DNA of 64,000 nucleotides from assembly GCA_031835245.2 (NCBI GenBank), contig JAVKOQ020000060.1, positions 62,001 to 126,000 on the forward strand, given 5' to 3'. The DNA is from Balamuthia mandrillaris. Its lineage: Eukaryota. The translations under genes were made by a program, and so were the position numbers. Shown here piece by piece: positions 25,844 through 39,173 of this stretch. Every line of letters begins with the position of its first letter. Position 1 is the first letter of the stretch. The notes under the pieces are model-generated. The model made no database searches. It was not told the DNA's origin and was given only the letters and a program-made list of their open reading frames with translations.

Positions 25844-26022
25844 GGGGAAAAGGGCAGCAAAAAAGTCCCTGCGCTTCCCTGCTAATGAAACGACCCTTTT
25901 GCTACAACTGCAAGTCGAGAGAGCACTGGACAAGAGAGTGCTCGTGGTCCTTGTCGACAGTAATTTTTCCCCGCTGGGAGTAGCAGGGAAGCGCAGGGAC
26001 TTTTTTGCTGCCCTTTTTCCCC
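25844..26022. repeat. Inverted-repeat element (MITE-like)
   Basis: 37-bp perfect inverted repeat, 25848-25884 vs 25981-26017, extendable to GGGG/CCCC; 96-bp spacer. Confidence 0.75.
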
Positions 26023-26290
26023 TTGCCATTTCTTTTCGGTCATATACGAAAAAAGGAATGTATAAGGTCCTATACTATACTAGGAAAAAAATGATTCGTA
26101 ACATCTCCATACAAAGAAAATATGTTAAGAAACATCACCAAACAAGGAAAAAAAGTGACCACCCGCAACATCTCTCTCTCTGCCATCCCACGAAGTCATA
26201 ACGAGGACCGGTCCCGTACAACTGGAAACGGAGTCTTTGCATTGTATTGGTTTTGGTTTTGGTTTTTTTTTTTTTAAAAAACTGCCTCCA

Positions 26291-28726
26291 TTACACATTT
26301 TCTTCTTCTCCTCTCACAGCTTTCCGCTCGCTGTATTCCACTTCTGCTTCTCCTTGTCTTCTTCCCTCTTCCAATGCTCGCGATCTCTTCGCTTCTGCCT
26401 CGGCCTCCGCTTCTTCCTTCTCCTTCTCTTCTGCCATTTGTCTATGCATGTCCTCGTAGTCCACTTCGGGCTTGGGCATACCCTCTAAACACTCCAACAC
26501 CTGTTGGAAAGAGGGCCGTTGCTTTGGGTCCTCCGCCCAACACCTACGAATGAGGTCAGCCCAAGCGGGAGGACATTGATCGGGGATCTCTGGCCGTATC
26601 TTTTCGGTGGCTACAGCAAAGACCACTTGGAAGGGAGGCATTCCACCATAGGGATCCTCCCTTGTCGCCATTTCCCAAAGTACCTTTGATGGAGGATAAA
26701 AGCGAAACGTGAGAAGATAGGGGTGTAGAAGAGAGAAGTTAGATAAGATACAACAACATACAATTCCAAAGCTGTAGACATCAGCCTTTTCTGTATATCG
26801 TTCATTACGCAAAACCTCAGGAGCGGTCCAGCATGGTGTTCCACAAGAGGTCAGTGTGGCTGAAAAGGTCTCAGCTACAATTTTGCTAAGACCGAAGTCA
26901 CAAACTTTGACTTTCCAGTTTTCATCCACCTTGTTTTTTTTACTAGTCAGAGGTAAAAGAAGAAGAAGCAGAGAGACCAAAACAAGAAACAGGAGAAACA
27001 GAAAAGACAAGAAATACGAACCAGCAAGTTTTGACTTTTCATGTCTCTGTGTAATACAATAGGTTCGCATGTATGCAGATAGTTCATTCCGCGAGCGGCA
27101 TCCATGGCCATAGCGCGGAGCAGTGGCCAATCCAACTTTATGTTGCGTTGATGAAGGATTCGGTAGAGGCTTCCTCTGGGCATCATTTCCATTATTATAC
27201 ACACGTCAGGAGAGATGAGACAAGCCCCCAAGAATTGAAGTACGTTTGGGTGTCTCAGTCTCTTCATCAGCGCTGCCTCTCTTTCAAAGTCATCAAAGAA
27301 GGCTTCCGTCAACAAATGTGCTGTTACAGAAAAGACAAGTTAGTCACAACTAATACATAGCAAATGAGGAAGGAAAGATATATTTAAAAAGAAAGCAGGG
27401 AAAGAAGAAAAGTACCAGGAAGTTTTTTAACGGCAACAACAGTGCCCCTCCAAGTGGCCTTATAAACTTCCGCATAACTTCCTTTGCCAATACGAGGACC
27501 CATTTTCAGCTCTTTGATGTCCACCTCTTCAAAGGCATCGGAGAAGCCATGCAACAGGGCATCCAATCCAGAGGTGTTCGCCAGAGCGTTATAGTTAGGA
27601 GGGTGCTGACCGTTCACTTCGATGTAACCGTTTCTGGCCTTTTTAAGCTTTAGCTTAATGCTGGCCACAACACCCACCAACGTGAGCACCAAAACGCCAA
27701 AGCCAATGACGATTAACCAAACGCCGTAATGTTGCAGAGTACCATCTGTTCCTGCTTCATGTTGCTCTGTAGTTGTTTGCATGCAAGTGAGTTACTTTTG
27801 AACAAAAGAAAGGAATAGGAGGAGAAGACAGAGGTCCAAGGCCAGAAGCAAGGATACAGAAGAGAAAGTAAAAACAACGAGGAGAAGAGAAGTGAGACGA
27901 GAGAAGAGAAGCAGAGATACGCAACTCAGAGTGTAGTTGAACACCAATTCCACGGCGTGCAAGCAAATGGCGTTCTGCGTGACCAACACCTGCATGAGGT
28001 TCGTGCCCGAGTGGTTGTAGCTCCACCAGCCCCCCAGCGGGGCGGAGAGGCTGTAGTTGGCCCAGGCCGCGCAGTTGCCGCAGTAGCAGCCGGAGGGCAG
28101 GTGGGGCATGGCCCCAGAGAACAGGGTTTGCCCCTGCAGGGTGACGTGCACCTCGGAGCTGTTCCTCCCGCCCTGGCAGTAGAACCTCCCCGCCATGCGG
28201 AGGGAAAAACTGGTGATGAGCTTCTCGGGGTGGTCAGGGGCCGGGTCGGTGAAGGTCTTTTTACCGTCGTTCCAGTTGCCGCGCTGGTTGGAGCAGGCAA
28301 AGGTCTGCATGTTGGTGGCGTCTGGGCAGATGGGGCAGGCGTCGCCCCCATCCCAAGTGACCAGCACTCTGGCCTGGTGGGTTTCCACTGCTTTGTATGG
28401 TATTGCTGCATCTTTGAAAAGACACAAAGAAGAATCAAGAAGAAGAAGAAGAAGAAGAAGAAGAAGAAGAAGAAGAAGAAGAAGAACAACAACAACAACA
28501 ACATCAAGAGGAAGAAGAACAAAAAGAAGAAGAAGCAGAACAAAGAGGAGACAAAGATGAAATGGGCACAAAAAATATGGTGAGCTGAGGTGAGGTGAGA
28601 GATGAGGTAGAAAAAGAGCATGCGAAAAGAACCTGAGGCCAACGCCCCGCTTGCTTGAGAAGCGAGCAAGCAGAGGAGGAGCAAGCAGAGGAGGCAGGTC
28701 TGGCTGCCCCCACATAACGCCTCCAT
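26291..28726 (-). CDS. Single-pass receptor-like TKL (Raf/MLK-like) protein kinase
   Basis: Signal peptide 'MEALCGGSQTCLLCLLLLCLLASQASG', Cys-rich ectodomain, TM 'GVWLIVIGFGVLVLTLVGVVASI', kinase motifs 'IGKGSYAEVY..VAVK', 'HRDMKSQN', 'DFG', 'GTPCWTAPE'. Confidence 0.9.
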
Positions 28727-29095
28727 TTCCTTTCTTTTTGGTAAATTTATTTGTTCGGAATGCAAAGAATTCAAGAAATGCAAGGTACGTATGGAATGCA
28801 AATGATTTAAGGAATGCATTCAGAAGTCTCTTCTCCTCTCTCCTCTCCTCTCTCTCCTCTCTTATGGCATTTCTCGCTTTGCGTGTTGTTCTGTCCTCCT
28901 TGGGTCGGACCGCCTCCACACGACGGGGAACTGCGAACGAACGGCCTTGTGGAGGTCCTCAAGTTTCTTCGCACTGAGCTGGAGACGCCCTCTCCGTGTA
29001 GCGTGGGGAGCAGCTGCATAACAAGAACAAGGATACACAACATGCATCATGTCTCTTGCCATTTATTCTACGAAATAAAAGAACAGGAAGAGCTT

Positions 29096-29779
29096 TTACT
29101 TGCCCTTCTTTTGTTCTTCAGAGACGCGAGAAAGAATGGTGAAGAAGAAGTTGACCACCTTTTGGCTCAGATGAAGGGACTCCATGGGATTCCTGTCGTC
29201 CAAACAAAACAAGTTTGGTGCCACCACAATTGCTATATAGATTTTTTGTCATTGCAGTTAGGAGAAAGCAAGTTGAAGAACAGACCAAAGGAGAAGAGTA
29301 AAACAAAACACAAACCAAGGTTTCTAGCGGACATCTTTGTAGCCTTTTCCTCCTCCGCAAACCTCGCCAACAAACGTAGCAGCCACATGATGAGGTTCCT
29401 TTTAGAGGGTTCCACTGCCGTTTGGAGCAGTTGCCACGAGCCCACAGAGAAGTCCTCGCAGTCATCCAGCTTTGCAAACTGCTCCGCAGAGATGTCATTG
29501 AGCAGCTGCTCTGGCAACTCTCTGAACCACACTTTGATGAGGTTGGCAATGATGTTGATGTCTACGGAGGAGGAGGACAAGAAGGCCCCTCCCTCTTGGT
29601 TGAGCTGTTTCTTGCATTTGAGGGTTTCGATCTCATCAGGAGCTAAACGGAAGATGCCTTCTTGCTTGAGGCCACCGTTGGCCAGCAGGTAGTCCTTCAT
29701 TTGGACCAAAACGGTTGGCACTGTTAGGCCCTCGTCATTGGTTTGAGGCTTTTGTGTGTTGTCAGTGAATGAATGCGTC

Positions 29780-29824
<45 letters not shown>

Positions 29825-30041
29825 GGCGCAAGGTGAACGCACCAAGTCTTCAGGAAGAACTCCAAAGACAGACTGAAGAAGACAAGCAAAAGGAGTTAAC
29901 AAAGTTGAAACATGCTGCCAGGGAGGAGAAATATCAAGAATTTTTTTAAAAAAACATACCTTCTCACATGGCAAAGAGATGAGCAAGAAGAAACGTCCCA
30001 AACCTTTTTTGTTATGATTTTCGTTCAATATAGAGCGAGCG

Positions 30042-30080
<39 letters not shown>

Positions 30081-32170
30081 AGCTTGCTTACCATCCATTC
30101 GAATAGGTATTACTTCTTCGATCAAAACAGGAGAGTGAACCTTCATCACAACTTCGATTTCTTTTGTCTCTTTCTATAAGTTCACAATGCGTTTGAAACA
30201 AAAGCAAAGCCATAAGGAAACAAAGGAGGAAAGAACAAACGGCAAAAAGGAAAAGAATGTACCCTCTTTAAAACGCCACTGCTTGGGAGAAAGGTAAAAC
30301 TGCAACAAGACTTTTTTGGTGGAGGCTCAACAGCAAACGGAAGCTTGACGCCCCCACAGTTGCTGATGGTGATAGTTCCCCTAAGTTCCTTCTCCAGTGG
30401 AGCTTCTGTTAATGCCTCTTCTTTGCCTTCATCATAAAAGTTGATGTAATGATGCAACACCTTTGTTTCGTTAAAATACAAAGAAATGATAAGATAAAGG
30501 GAGATAAGAACGTTAATGAAGAACCTCAGCAAACAAAGAAGAAGAAGAAGAAGAAGAAGAAGAAGAAGAAGAAAAAGAAGAAAACGAAACAGAAGCAGAA
30601 GAAGAAGAAGAAGAAGAAGAAGAAAAAGAAGCAGAAGAAGCAGAAGCACCAGCAGGAGAAGAAGAAACAAGAAGAACGAAGAAGAAGATACCTTCGCTTG
30701 TGGAATAGGATCGCTTGGAGGTTTCAGAAGATAAAGGCTCTTCTTAAATGCTCCTTTCGTCCGTTTGGAGGCAGACTTGGGTGAGTGATGGCCATGAGTA
30801 GACGAGGAAGAAGGCGACGAAGAAGGTGCTGGAATGGCCAAAGAATCCCGTTGTTGATACGCTGTTTCCAACTTTGAAACCACTTCTTCTTTGCCCAAAC
30901 TGAGCAATGCTCTATAAAGTTTTCTTTCCTCTACTATAGAGTCGAGTCCGGTAACACTTACAGCTCTAAACGTAGAAAATGAGCAGACGGTGAGAGGAAA
31001 GAAAACAAAAGAGAAAGAGAGAAAAAACAAACCTTAATAAAGTTTCTTTGTGAAGAGCAGGAGGCTCTTCGCTTTCCTCGACTTCCTTTCCATCTTGTAC
31101 TATGATCATGGAGTTCAAAGATGAGAAGCTGTTTCTCTTCTTTCGAGTTTCTCGAACTGTTTGATAACCTCCTGGCGATGAGGTAACGATAAACACAGTG
31201 AAAAAGGAGAATGAGAATGAGCACAATGAAAAGAAGAGGAAGAACGATGGAGAGAGAGAGAGAGAGTGAGAGAGAAGAGAACGACAAAGAGAGAGAGAGA
31301 GACAGAGAGAAACACAAAACCTGTTGGAAGATCAATTTGAGAACCTGACCCAACAGTCATCATAGAATTGGGTCTAGGAGGAATGCCAGAGTCATCCCTC
31401 GCTCTTCCGGCAGTGGTCGGCACACTTTCAGCAGAAGAACTAAAGGAAGGGACAGGCCTTGCAACACGGGAAGTTGTTATAGTTGGGATGTTCGAGGCCG
31501 AGAGAGAAGAAGGAGAGGGCCTTAAAGTGGCATTTGCAGCAAACATGGGTTGCTTCATTAAAGCCTGCATAAGTATTTCTCTCTTTTGAATGATCGAGCT
31601 GGAAGGAACTTTTGGTGCTTTGTCATGGTTGCTGTTGTTGGAGGAAGAAGGATAAGACGAAGGAGGATCGGATCTATCAGGTAGAGGAGGAGGAATTTCT
31701 TCTCCTTGTTGTTGTGGTTGGTCTTCATTGTTGGAAGGAGAAGCACCTTTTTTACTGCTTCGAACAGAAGAAGGTGGAGGAGGGTGCAATGGCTTGTCGG
31801 AGGGAGAAGCAGAAGAAGGGGAGAAGGAAACCTTAGCGACGGAGAGGGAAGAGGCTACGATGCATGAGCCGCTGGTGGGGGGCGTCTTTTTGGGCGTTGG
31901 CAGGGGAGCAGGGCAAGGAGGCAAGGTCACGCTCCTTCGCGATGAAGGCGCATGCACGGCCTCCTCTCCCTTCTCCTCCTGGTTGCTGCTGTAGGGAGAG
32001 AGTAACGGTGCTATAGGGGTGGTTGGAGGCTCGGGAAATTGGAGCAAAAGCTCTTTGAGCGCTTCCCACGTCGCGGTCATATCTGTACCCAGAACAGTTC
32101 GTTAGAGCGAAGAACCAAAAAAAAAAAAATAGAGATCCATTTGTTCTTCCTTACCTTCGGCGTCGTTCAT
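29096..32170 (-). CDS. RhoGAP-domain protein with Pro/Ser-rich N-terminus
   Basis: 'VPTVLVQMKDYLLANGGLKQEGIFRLAP', 'IANLIKVWFRELP', 'TKMSARNL|AIVVAPNL'. Confidence 0.88.
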
Positions 32171-32413
32171 TGCCTTCTGCTATTGTTCGTTTACACGTTC
32201 CTGTATTCGATTTCTAATTTTATAATTGGTGTAATTCATTAATTAATTAAAAGGAAATGTACACGTCATATCATAACAAAAAAGGAATGTCTGACATTAG
32301 TTTCACTAAAAAAGGAAATAAAACATGTAAGCTACGTCGACGACAAAATTATCATGACGTCATGAAGTGTCTGCAAAAAATTACCCGCAGAAAAGAAGAA
32401 AGCGAAAAAAAAA

Positions 32414-33572
32414 ATGGAGGATGGGGTGGATGAGCAGGTGCGTCGTTATATCTGGGAAGGCTGCGTGCCTGTGGTCTTCGGCCTCACTCCAAACGAGATC
32501 ACAACGCTCAAACCACCAGACCCTTTTTATGTACGTTTTTGTTTTAAAAAAAACCCATTTTGGATTAATACTTTATTTTTAAAACAAAAATCAAACTGAA
32601 CTTTTTTGTTTTCTGGGATTCGTTCAATCGAAAAAGTTAATGGTGCCTCGCAGCTCGTTTCTACCGATGGTAACAGGTCCAGTGCGTGAACACTTTCTTC
32701 AGTCCTCTCCTGTTGTTGTGGATGAGATGTGGCTTGAGTACGAAATGGGAGAAGAGAAAATTCCTCTTAAATGGTTTATAGCAGCCTTCCTTCTTCCTCT
32801 GCCCCTTCTTCTTCTTCGTTTTCTTCTCTTCCTTTATGTGGCCGTGTTCTTCTTGTTCTTGCTCTTCTCGTTCTTCTTCTGCTTCTTCTTCTGCTTCTGC
32901 TTCTGCTTCTTCTTCTTCTTCTTCTTCTTCTTCTTCTTGTTCTTGTTCTTCTTCTTGTTCTTGTTCTTGTTCTTCTTCTTCTTCTTGTTCTTGTTCTTCT
33001 TCTTCTTCTTCTCCTTCTTCTTGTTCTTCTTCTTCTTCTTCTTGTTCTTCTTCTTCTTCTTGTTCTTCTTCTTCTTCTTCTTCTTCTTCTTCTTCTTCTT
33101 CTTCTTCTGCTTCTGCTTCTTCTTCTCCCTCTTCTTCTCCCTCTTCTTCTCCCTCTTGTGTTTTGTCCCTTTTCTCCAATATAACACAAACAAAAGGCAT
33201 TACCCAGCAGGAGTACTGTTCGACCTCTTGGCAGAGCCGGAACAACTGCCATGGCCCCTAACAGTGCACTTTCAGGGCTTTCCAACCAGCCGGTTGCTGC
33301 GCTGTCCCAACGACCTGGCCGTCATGCATCACTACATGAACGTCCTCAAAGAGGCCAACTACCTCAAACATGGTGACAGCAGCAAGGTCAATGCTCTCTC
33401 TCGCGAAGACCACAATGACCTTTGGGAGGGTCTTATTACCAGTTTCGTCATACCGTCTTCTTTTTATTCCCTCTTGCTCTTCTTTCTGTCTTCTTTTCTG
33501 TTACCGCATTTCTTCTTGCTCTCTCTCTCTCTTTCTCTTTCTCTTTCTCTTTCTCTTTCTCTTTCTCTCCCT

Positions 33573-33617
<45 letters not shown>

Positions 33618-34076
33618 ACTTCTCTTCTCTCTTCTCCTCACTGCTTTTTTTTTTTTTGATAAACAAAAGATCAATACGAGCGGTTCTGGAAGGTGAACAA
33701 GACGCTGTTCCCAAAGGAAGGAGCGGCCGCGCTAAAGAACCTCCCCATCCGAGTGGTTCGCAAGGAACGCCCCTGTCTACAAGAGCCCATCTCTCCTTTT
33801 CTTCCCTCATCTTCTTCCTCTTCTTCTTCTGCTTCTGGTGAAGAACCACAAGAGCAAACTCTTTGGGATGTTCTTCACCAGATGTTACCTGAACTCTTTC
33901 CTCTTTCTTCTAAACCTTCTCCTTCCTCATCTTCTCCTCAAGAAAAGGAGGAAGAGATAAAGTTGCCAAAGGTGATAATACAAGGGATACTTCCGCCGTT
34001 GAACACGCCGATTCTTTGGTTGGTGCAGCATTGCAGCCACCCCGATAACTTTCTTTACATCGTTGTCAAAGATTAA
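32414..34076 (+). CDS. ATG5: Autophagy protein 5
   Basis: 'IWEGCVPVVF', 'PRSSFLP', 'PLKW|HYPAGVLFDLL', 'WPLTVHF', conjugation Lys in 'NVLKEANYLK', 'SHPDNFLYIV'. Confidence 0.95.
32845..33160. repeat. (TTC)n/(TTCTTG)n/(TTCTGC)n compound microsatellite in an ATG5 intron
   Basis: Directly visible; similar tracts at ~19850-20000, 25110-25240, 28430-28545, 30535-30690 and 45230-45410. Confidence 0.9.
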
Positions 34077-34137
34077 CTTTTTTTTTGTTTGTGTAAAGCC
34101 TACTTTCTTGTCGTTTTCTTTCCTATAGAAATCAAGC

Positions 34138-34183
<46 letters not shown>

Positions 34184-34185
34184 CG

Positions 34186-34845
34186 TTACGGTATCAGCTT
34201 GCGAATAAACTGTTCGATGGGAAGAATGTCGCCTTGCTTCACGGAACACTCCACAAAAGAAACGGGGAAAGGCAGCTGCTCCATCTTGAAGGCCTCTCCC
34301 TCCACCCCCACGGCAACGCGGCGCTCCTCCGCGGAAGAGCCCCCAATATCCTCCATCGTACTTTGGCTCTTTCGCAGTTGATCACTGGTTTTCGTGTAAC
34401 AAACAAAAAAAATATGAGAAAGTAATGTAATAAAGAAGAAAGATAGATGCAGTACATTTCTTCCTCAAGGCCGCGCTGGATATCATCTTTAGGTGCGGCG
34501 GTGATCATCTCCGTCTTGTTGCACACAATCAGGAATGGCACCTTCCTGCTTTGAATCTGCTTGTCGCCAAAGAGATCAAAGAGATAGCTTTTTTGAGGGT
34601 GTCAGAAGAAGAAGACAGAAGAAGTTGAAAAAGAAGAATGAAGAAAAAAGGTAAAAGAATGAAAGAATGTACCGAGCAGCTTTGCTAACTTCGGACTTGA
34701 ACTCGGTAGCATCAGTGAGAAAGACGATGCCTTTAGCCAATGGGAGGAACGTGTGCAGCTGCGAACGAAGACGCTGATGGCCAGGAAAGTCGATCACGTG
34801 GACTGGCCTTCCCTTCTGTGCAGAGAGGTAAGCTAAGAAAAGAAA

Positions 34846-34877
<32 letters not shown>

Positions 34878-35285
34878 GGAGAGAGAGATGAGAGCGAAAG
34901 GAAGCAAGGAAACAACAAGAGAGAAGCAAAAAAGAAAGGAGACCTTATCAGAGTGCAAAGCAAAAGAGCTATCGTTCTCTTTCATGGAAGTATGTGTCTC
35001 CACCACTTTACCTTCTTTCAACTTCACAAATAACAAAAGCCAATGTTAAGCTCGTTAGCCCTCTCGATTAAAAAAAACATTTACAAACGACTACAAAAAA
35101 AAAAAAAGATAAGATTACCCTAAAGAACAAAGCAGTCTTGCCAGAACCACTTGGACCCAGCAAAAGAATCGTGTTCCTGGCTTTGGACTTTCCAGCAAAC
35201 ACTTTGGAGTTCACCAAAGAAAAAAAAAAGCAAATTATTATCAAACAAAAAAGTAGCACAGATGAATGTGTAAAAGGAGAGAGCA

Positions 35286-35326
<41 letters not shown>

Positions 35327-35586
35327 CATACGTGTAAAGAAAAGAATCAAAAGGAGCAACAAGATGAGGGCAGGAGCGCCAAAGAGTAGCAACGGAGCAG
35401 CCTCTGGCGGCAGTCCTTGCTCTTTCGTCCAGCCTTCCACCCAAGCATAATAGTCGGTCGTAGTGTTCTTTGTTTTGTTGTTGTTGTTGTTGTGATTGAA
35501 CGAAAACCATGTGAGTAAACAACAAAAAAAGTAAAGAAAGCCCATCTCAAATCAAAAGCACTCGTTTTTTTTTTGAACCTTACCAT
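34186..35586 (-). CDS. SRPRB: Signal recognition particle receptor beta subunit
   Basis: N-terminal TM, 'ILLLGPSGSGKTALF', 'THTSMKEN', 'DFPGHQRLR', 'LIVCNKTE'; first coding exon is ATG only. Confidence 0.92.
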
Positions 35587-35806
35587 CTCTTCCTTCGTTG
35601 TTGTTTTTCTGTTCTGTTCTCTTCTCTTTTTTTTTATCCGCTCTCCTTCCCTCTCTTATCCTCTCTCATATCTTGAGCTTCCTGTCGACATGTCGACCAC
35701 AATTTTACTTTCACGTCGACATGTCGACGTTTGTCTACAATAATTCTGTTCTTTTTTTTGTTTTTTGTTTTTTTTGTTTTATGGATAGATAAAGTGTGTT
35801 ATGTTA

Positions 35807-37081
35807 TTATGTCTTTTGTCTTTTGTTCCCCGTTCTAGTTCTCGCTTCCGACCTTTCGGCATCGTCAGACGAAGAGGCCGAAGTTGTGGCGCCTTGTTGA
35901 GCCGAGGAGGAGAAGGACGAGGAAGAAGAGGAGGCGCTGTCTTCCTCGCCTTCCTTTCGTTCTGTTTGTGTGGCTGCGATGGGAATGACTTTGGTTGCAC
36001 TTAGGAGATACCCGCTCGCTCCGTTCATTTGCATGTTTGGCCTTGTTCTCGAGGGTAACACCTTTTATTGTGTTTGGCATGAGAAGGAAAGGAGAGAAGG
36101 CAGAAAGAAGTGGAAGAAAGAGCGAAAATACCTGAAATTCTCTGAGCCATGTTTCGGCCAAACACAAGTTGGTCGCTTCTCCGCTGTTGTGAAGAGCATA
36201 GTGGCATTCTCCCAATTGCTATGAATGCATAAAGAAGAGGTGAGACAAAAATTTAGACAAACAACAAGATAGAGAGAAAAAAAGAGTAAGGAGATGTAAC
36301 AGTACCTGTAAGTAAGGACTGAAAGCTACGAGTGTTTGCGAGGGTTTAAGGAACGGAAACAACGGGAATAGAACTGAAGGAACGTCTGTTTTGGGAGCCA
36401 ATATGATGCTGCCGAAGAATGTTAACCAAACAAACAAAAACAAAAAGAAGTGACAAACCTATCAAAGCCATCTCTGAAGAGTTTTAGTATAATCGGCAAA
36501 GATTGTCGCAACGAAGGAAACTGTCTCGGTTTCAAATGAATTTGAGTGTCAGCAAAAGTTTCCTTTCGTTTGTGAAGCAGCACTTCTTCCTCATCCGTTC
36601 CGACAGTCGAAACAGAAGTTAACGCGGTGGAAGAGGTGGGCGGAGAGACTTGACTAAGGATAGAAAAGGGCGCATGGAGGATAGTGCTTCGGATGCGGTC
36701 ATCAAAGTTAAACATGGTGAGCGCGCTCGTGTTGGGGTGGTCTTCTGGATGGAGCAAGACAACGTTGCCGTAACCTGTTTTTGTTGTGAAAGCAGAGCAG
36801 GAAGAAGAAGGAAGAAAGAAAACAACGAAGTATGAAGAAAGAAGAAAACAGTAAGAGAGAAAGTTTTGGGTTTTTGGTGTATTAATGAAAGAGAACGAAC
36901 CGGCAATACGTTCAGCAACAGCACCGGCGATGAGGCCTTTGCAAGCATCAACTACGAGCACATTATAGCCTGCTTGCACGTTGGAGTTGGTCAAGATACG
37001 AGCTAATGTATCCATTCGCAAGTAACTTATTTTTTGGTTTCGAAATTGTACCAAATAAGAATAGTGTAACAGAGAGAAGGA

Positions 37082-37128
<47 letters not shown>

Positions 37129-38180
37129 TTGATGATGCCGGCGCTTCGGTGGAAATAGGCAGTGGCGATAGTGAAGGCTGAAGGAGGAAGCACTCGCACA
37201 ACAAAAATGTATCTTCACCAAAGAAGAGATTAGGAAATGGCAGAATGAAGGTTGAAAGAAAGACAACTTTGCTTACTTTTGTTGTTTCTTCTTGACCCAT
37301 TTTGCCTGAGAAAATTCTGTTTTTTGCTCGAATGAAACGCTGTTTTGGATGAGAGCTTTGATGATCTCCTCTCCCTCCACACCCTTGCGCTTCATCTCCA
37401 AGATCTCCTCCTGCGAGAGCTTTTGGTTTTGGTTGTTGTCCAACAAGTTGCGATTGTCTGTTCGCGCCACAGCGTCTGGTTTGTTGGAGTTTTTTTTATG
37501 GTTTCGTTTAACAACACATCGACGGAAAGACGAGAGATAATGGAAGAAGGCAGGAATGAGGGAAACAATGAGTGAAGGAACAGTGTGAAGACAGAAGACA
37601 GAAGAAAGCAGAACGAAGGACAGAGAAAAGGAAAGAAGACAAAGAAAGAAAGAAGAAGCAAGAAAGAAAAAAGAGGAGAGAAGAGGAGCTTAGAAGAAAC
37701 GGCAAGAAATAAGGCGGGAATACTAAAGCAGAAGAGGTCAACAAAGAGAGAGAAAGCGAACCAGAAGGAACTTTGGTGAGTCCCGCATCGGGCAGTTTGT
37801 CCAAAGGAACGAGAACTTTGGAGCTAGTGGAGGCTTGCCACAAGGACCCATACTTGGCGCCGATCAGCGTCCGCAACGGGTAGCTTCGCTTATTCACTTT
37901 GACGCTCCTTCTCAAGATAAAATAAGGTGAGAAGAAAAAGAAAATAAAAAAAGAAAGAGAAGCGAAACCCTTGTCGTCTGACTTCAACGAATGTGTATTT
38001 GGAGTCGTTGATGCAAAGGATGAGATTGTCGCCTTCCTTGACCAATTTTTCGGAAAAGGTCGAGCTTGAGGGTGACGATGGTCCGCTGCCGCTGCCACTG
38101 CCACTGCAGCTCGCCATCGATGAGGAGGACTCCGCGGCCTGAGTTGTTGCTGCTTCTTCTCTCCCTTCTTCCATCATCAT
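35807..38180 (-). CDS. TRM6: tRNA m1A58 methyltransferase non-catalytic subunit (Trm6/Gcd10)
   Basis: 'DNRNLLDNNQNQKLSQEEI', 'NSVSFEQKTEFSQAKW', 'LRMDTLARIL', 'ETWLREFQ|VLPSRTRPNMQMNGASGYLL'. Confidence 0.92.
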
Positions 38181-38362
38181 TTTTTTTTCTTTGCTACCAA
38201 ATTCTTCACATTTTTTAAATATTTCACATATTTCTAATTCCTTGAATAACCATAATTCTTTACATATTTCAAATAGTATACATTATCTGCATTCCCTTGG
38301 ATGTTATTGCCCCTCAGGAAAAAAAAAAAAGAGAAAAAGAAAAAAAATAAATAAAAGAAAAG

Positions 38363-38987
38363 ATGTGGAGAAGAGGAGGAAGCTCTCTTGCACAACCCGC
38401 GTTCGCTCGTTGCGCCAGTGCCGCCGGTTTGCGATCATGCTCCTCGTTGCGACGTTGCGACGGAGGCATGCCCGGCCTTAACGCTGCCGCTGGTCGTCTC
38501 TTCTCTTCCTCCACCACCGTGACATCCGGAAGCAGAGCAGCATCGTTTTCTACCGCCACTACCTTTGGTTACTCTGCCTCTTTCACCACCACCGCTCCTA
38601 CCAAAACCGCTGCTCCATCCGTTCGTTCCGTTCACTCTGTGGCCACTGAAGCAGTAAGGTATACCAAATACAGTTTCTTTGCCTCCTCTTAAACTCTTCC
38701 CCGTCCTCCTCCTCTTCTTCTTTTTCTTTCCTATTTTTTTTTTGTTTTGTCCTCTTTATTTTTTCTCCTCTCTCTTCTCCTCTTTTCTGCATCTCTCTCC
38801 TCTCGCACCGTGCATCCCCGTCATTCTGATTTGCTCTGCTGCGATTTCACAGCAGGCCGGCTGTTGTGTCTGGCGTTTGTCAGCATGGACCCCTTGCTCT
38901 GGAGCTTTTGGACGAGGAAGGCACGTTGCCCACCAATGCTGACTTCCCTCTCTCCCTGCCACCTCGTTCTTCTCTTTCTCCCTGTTT

Positions 38988-39026
<39 letters not shown>

Positions 39027-39066
39027 GGTACTCCAACAAACAGAAGATGACGATGGTCGTTCCTGA
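38363..39066 (+). CDS. Small (~128 aa) hypothetical protein, mostly mitochondrial-presequence-like, ending ELLDEEEDDDGRS
   Basis: Exons 38363-38658, 38853-38920, 39044-39066 join in frame; the second intron has a GC donor. Confidence 0.55.
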
Positions 39067-39173
39067 GGTTAGTTTATCCAAAAAATCAAATGACAAAAAA
39101 AAAAAGCACATTCTTCTCTCTCTCATCCATACACCAGTTATAAAAAAAACTTTGTTTTTTGTTGGATGCAGCA

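Noticed and set aside
28844..29062. Short ORFs between the RhoGAP stop and the kinase start
   Set aside because: RhoGAP ends at 29096 (..QKKGK*) and the kinase has its own signal-peptide start at 28726; no support for a separate gene.
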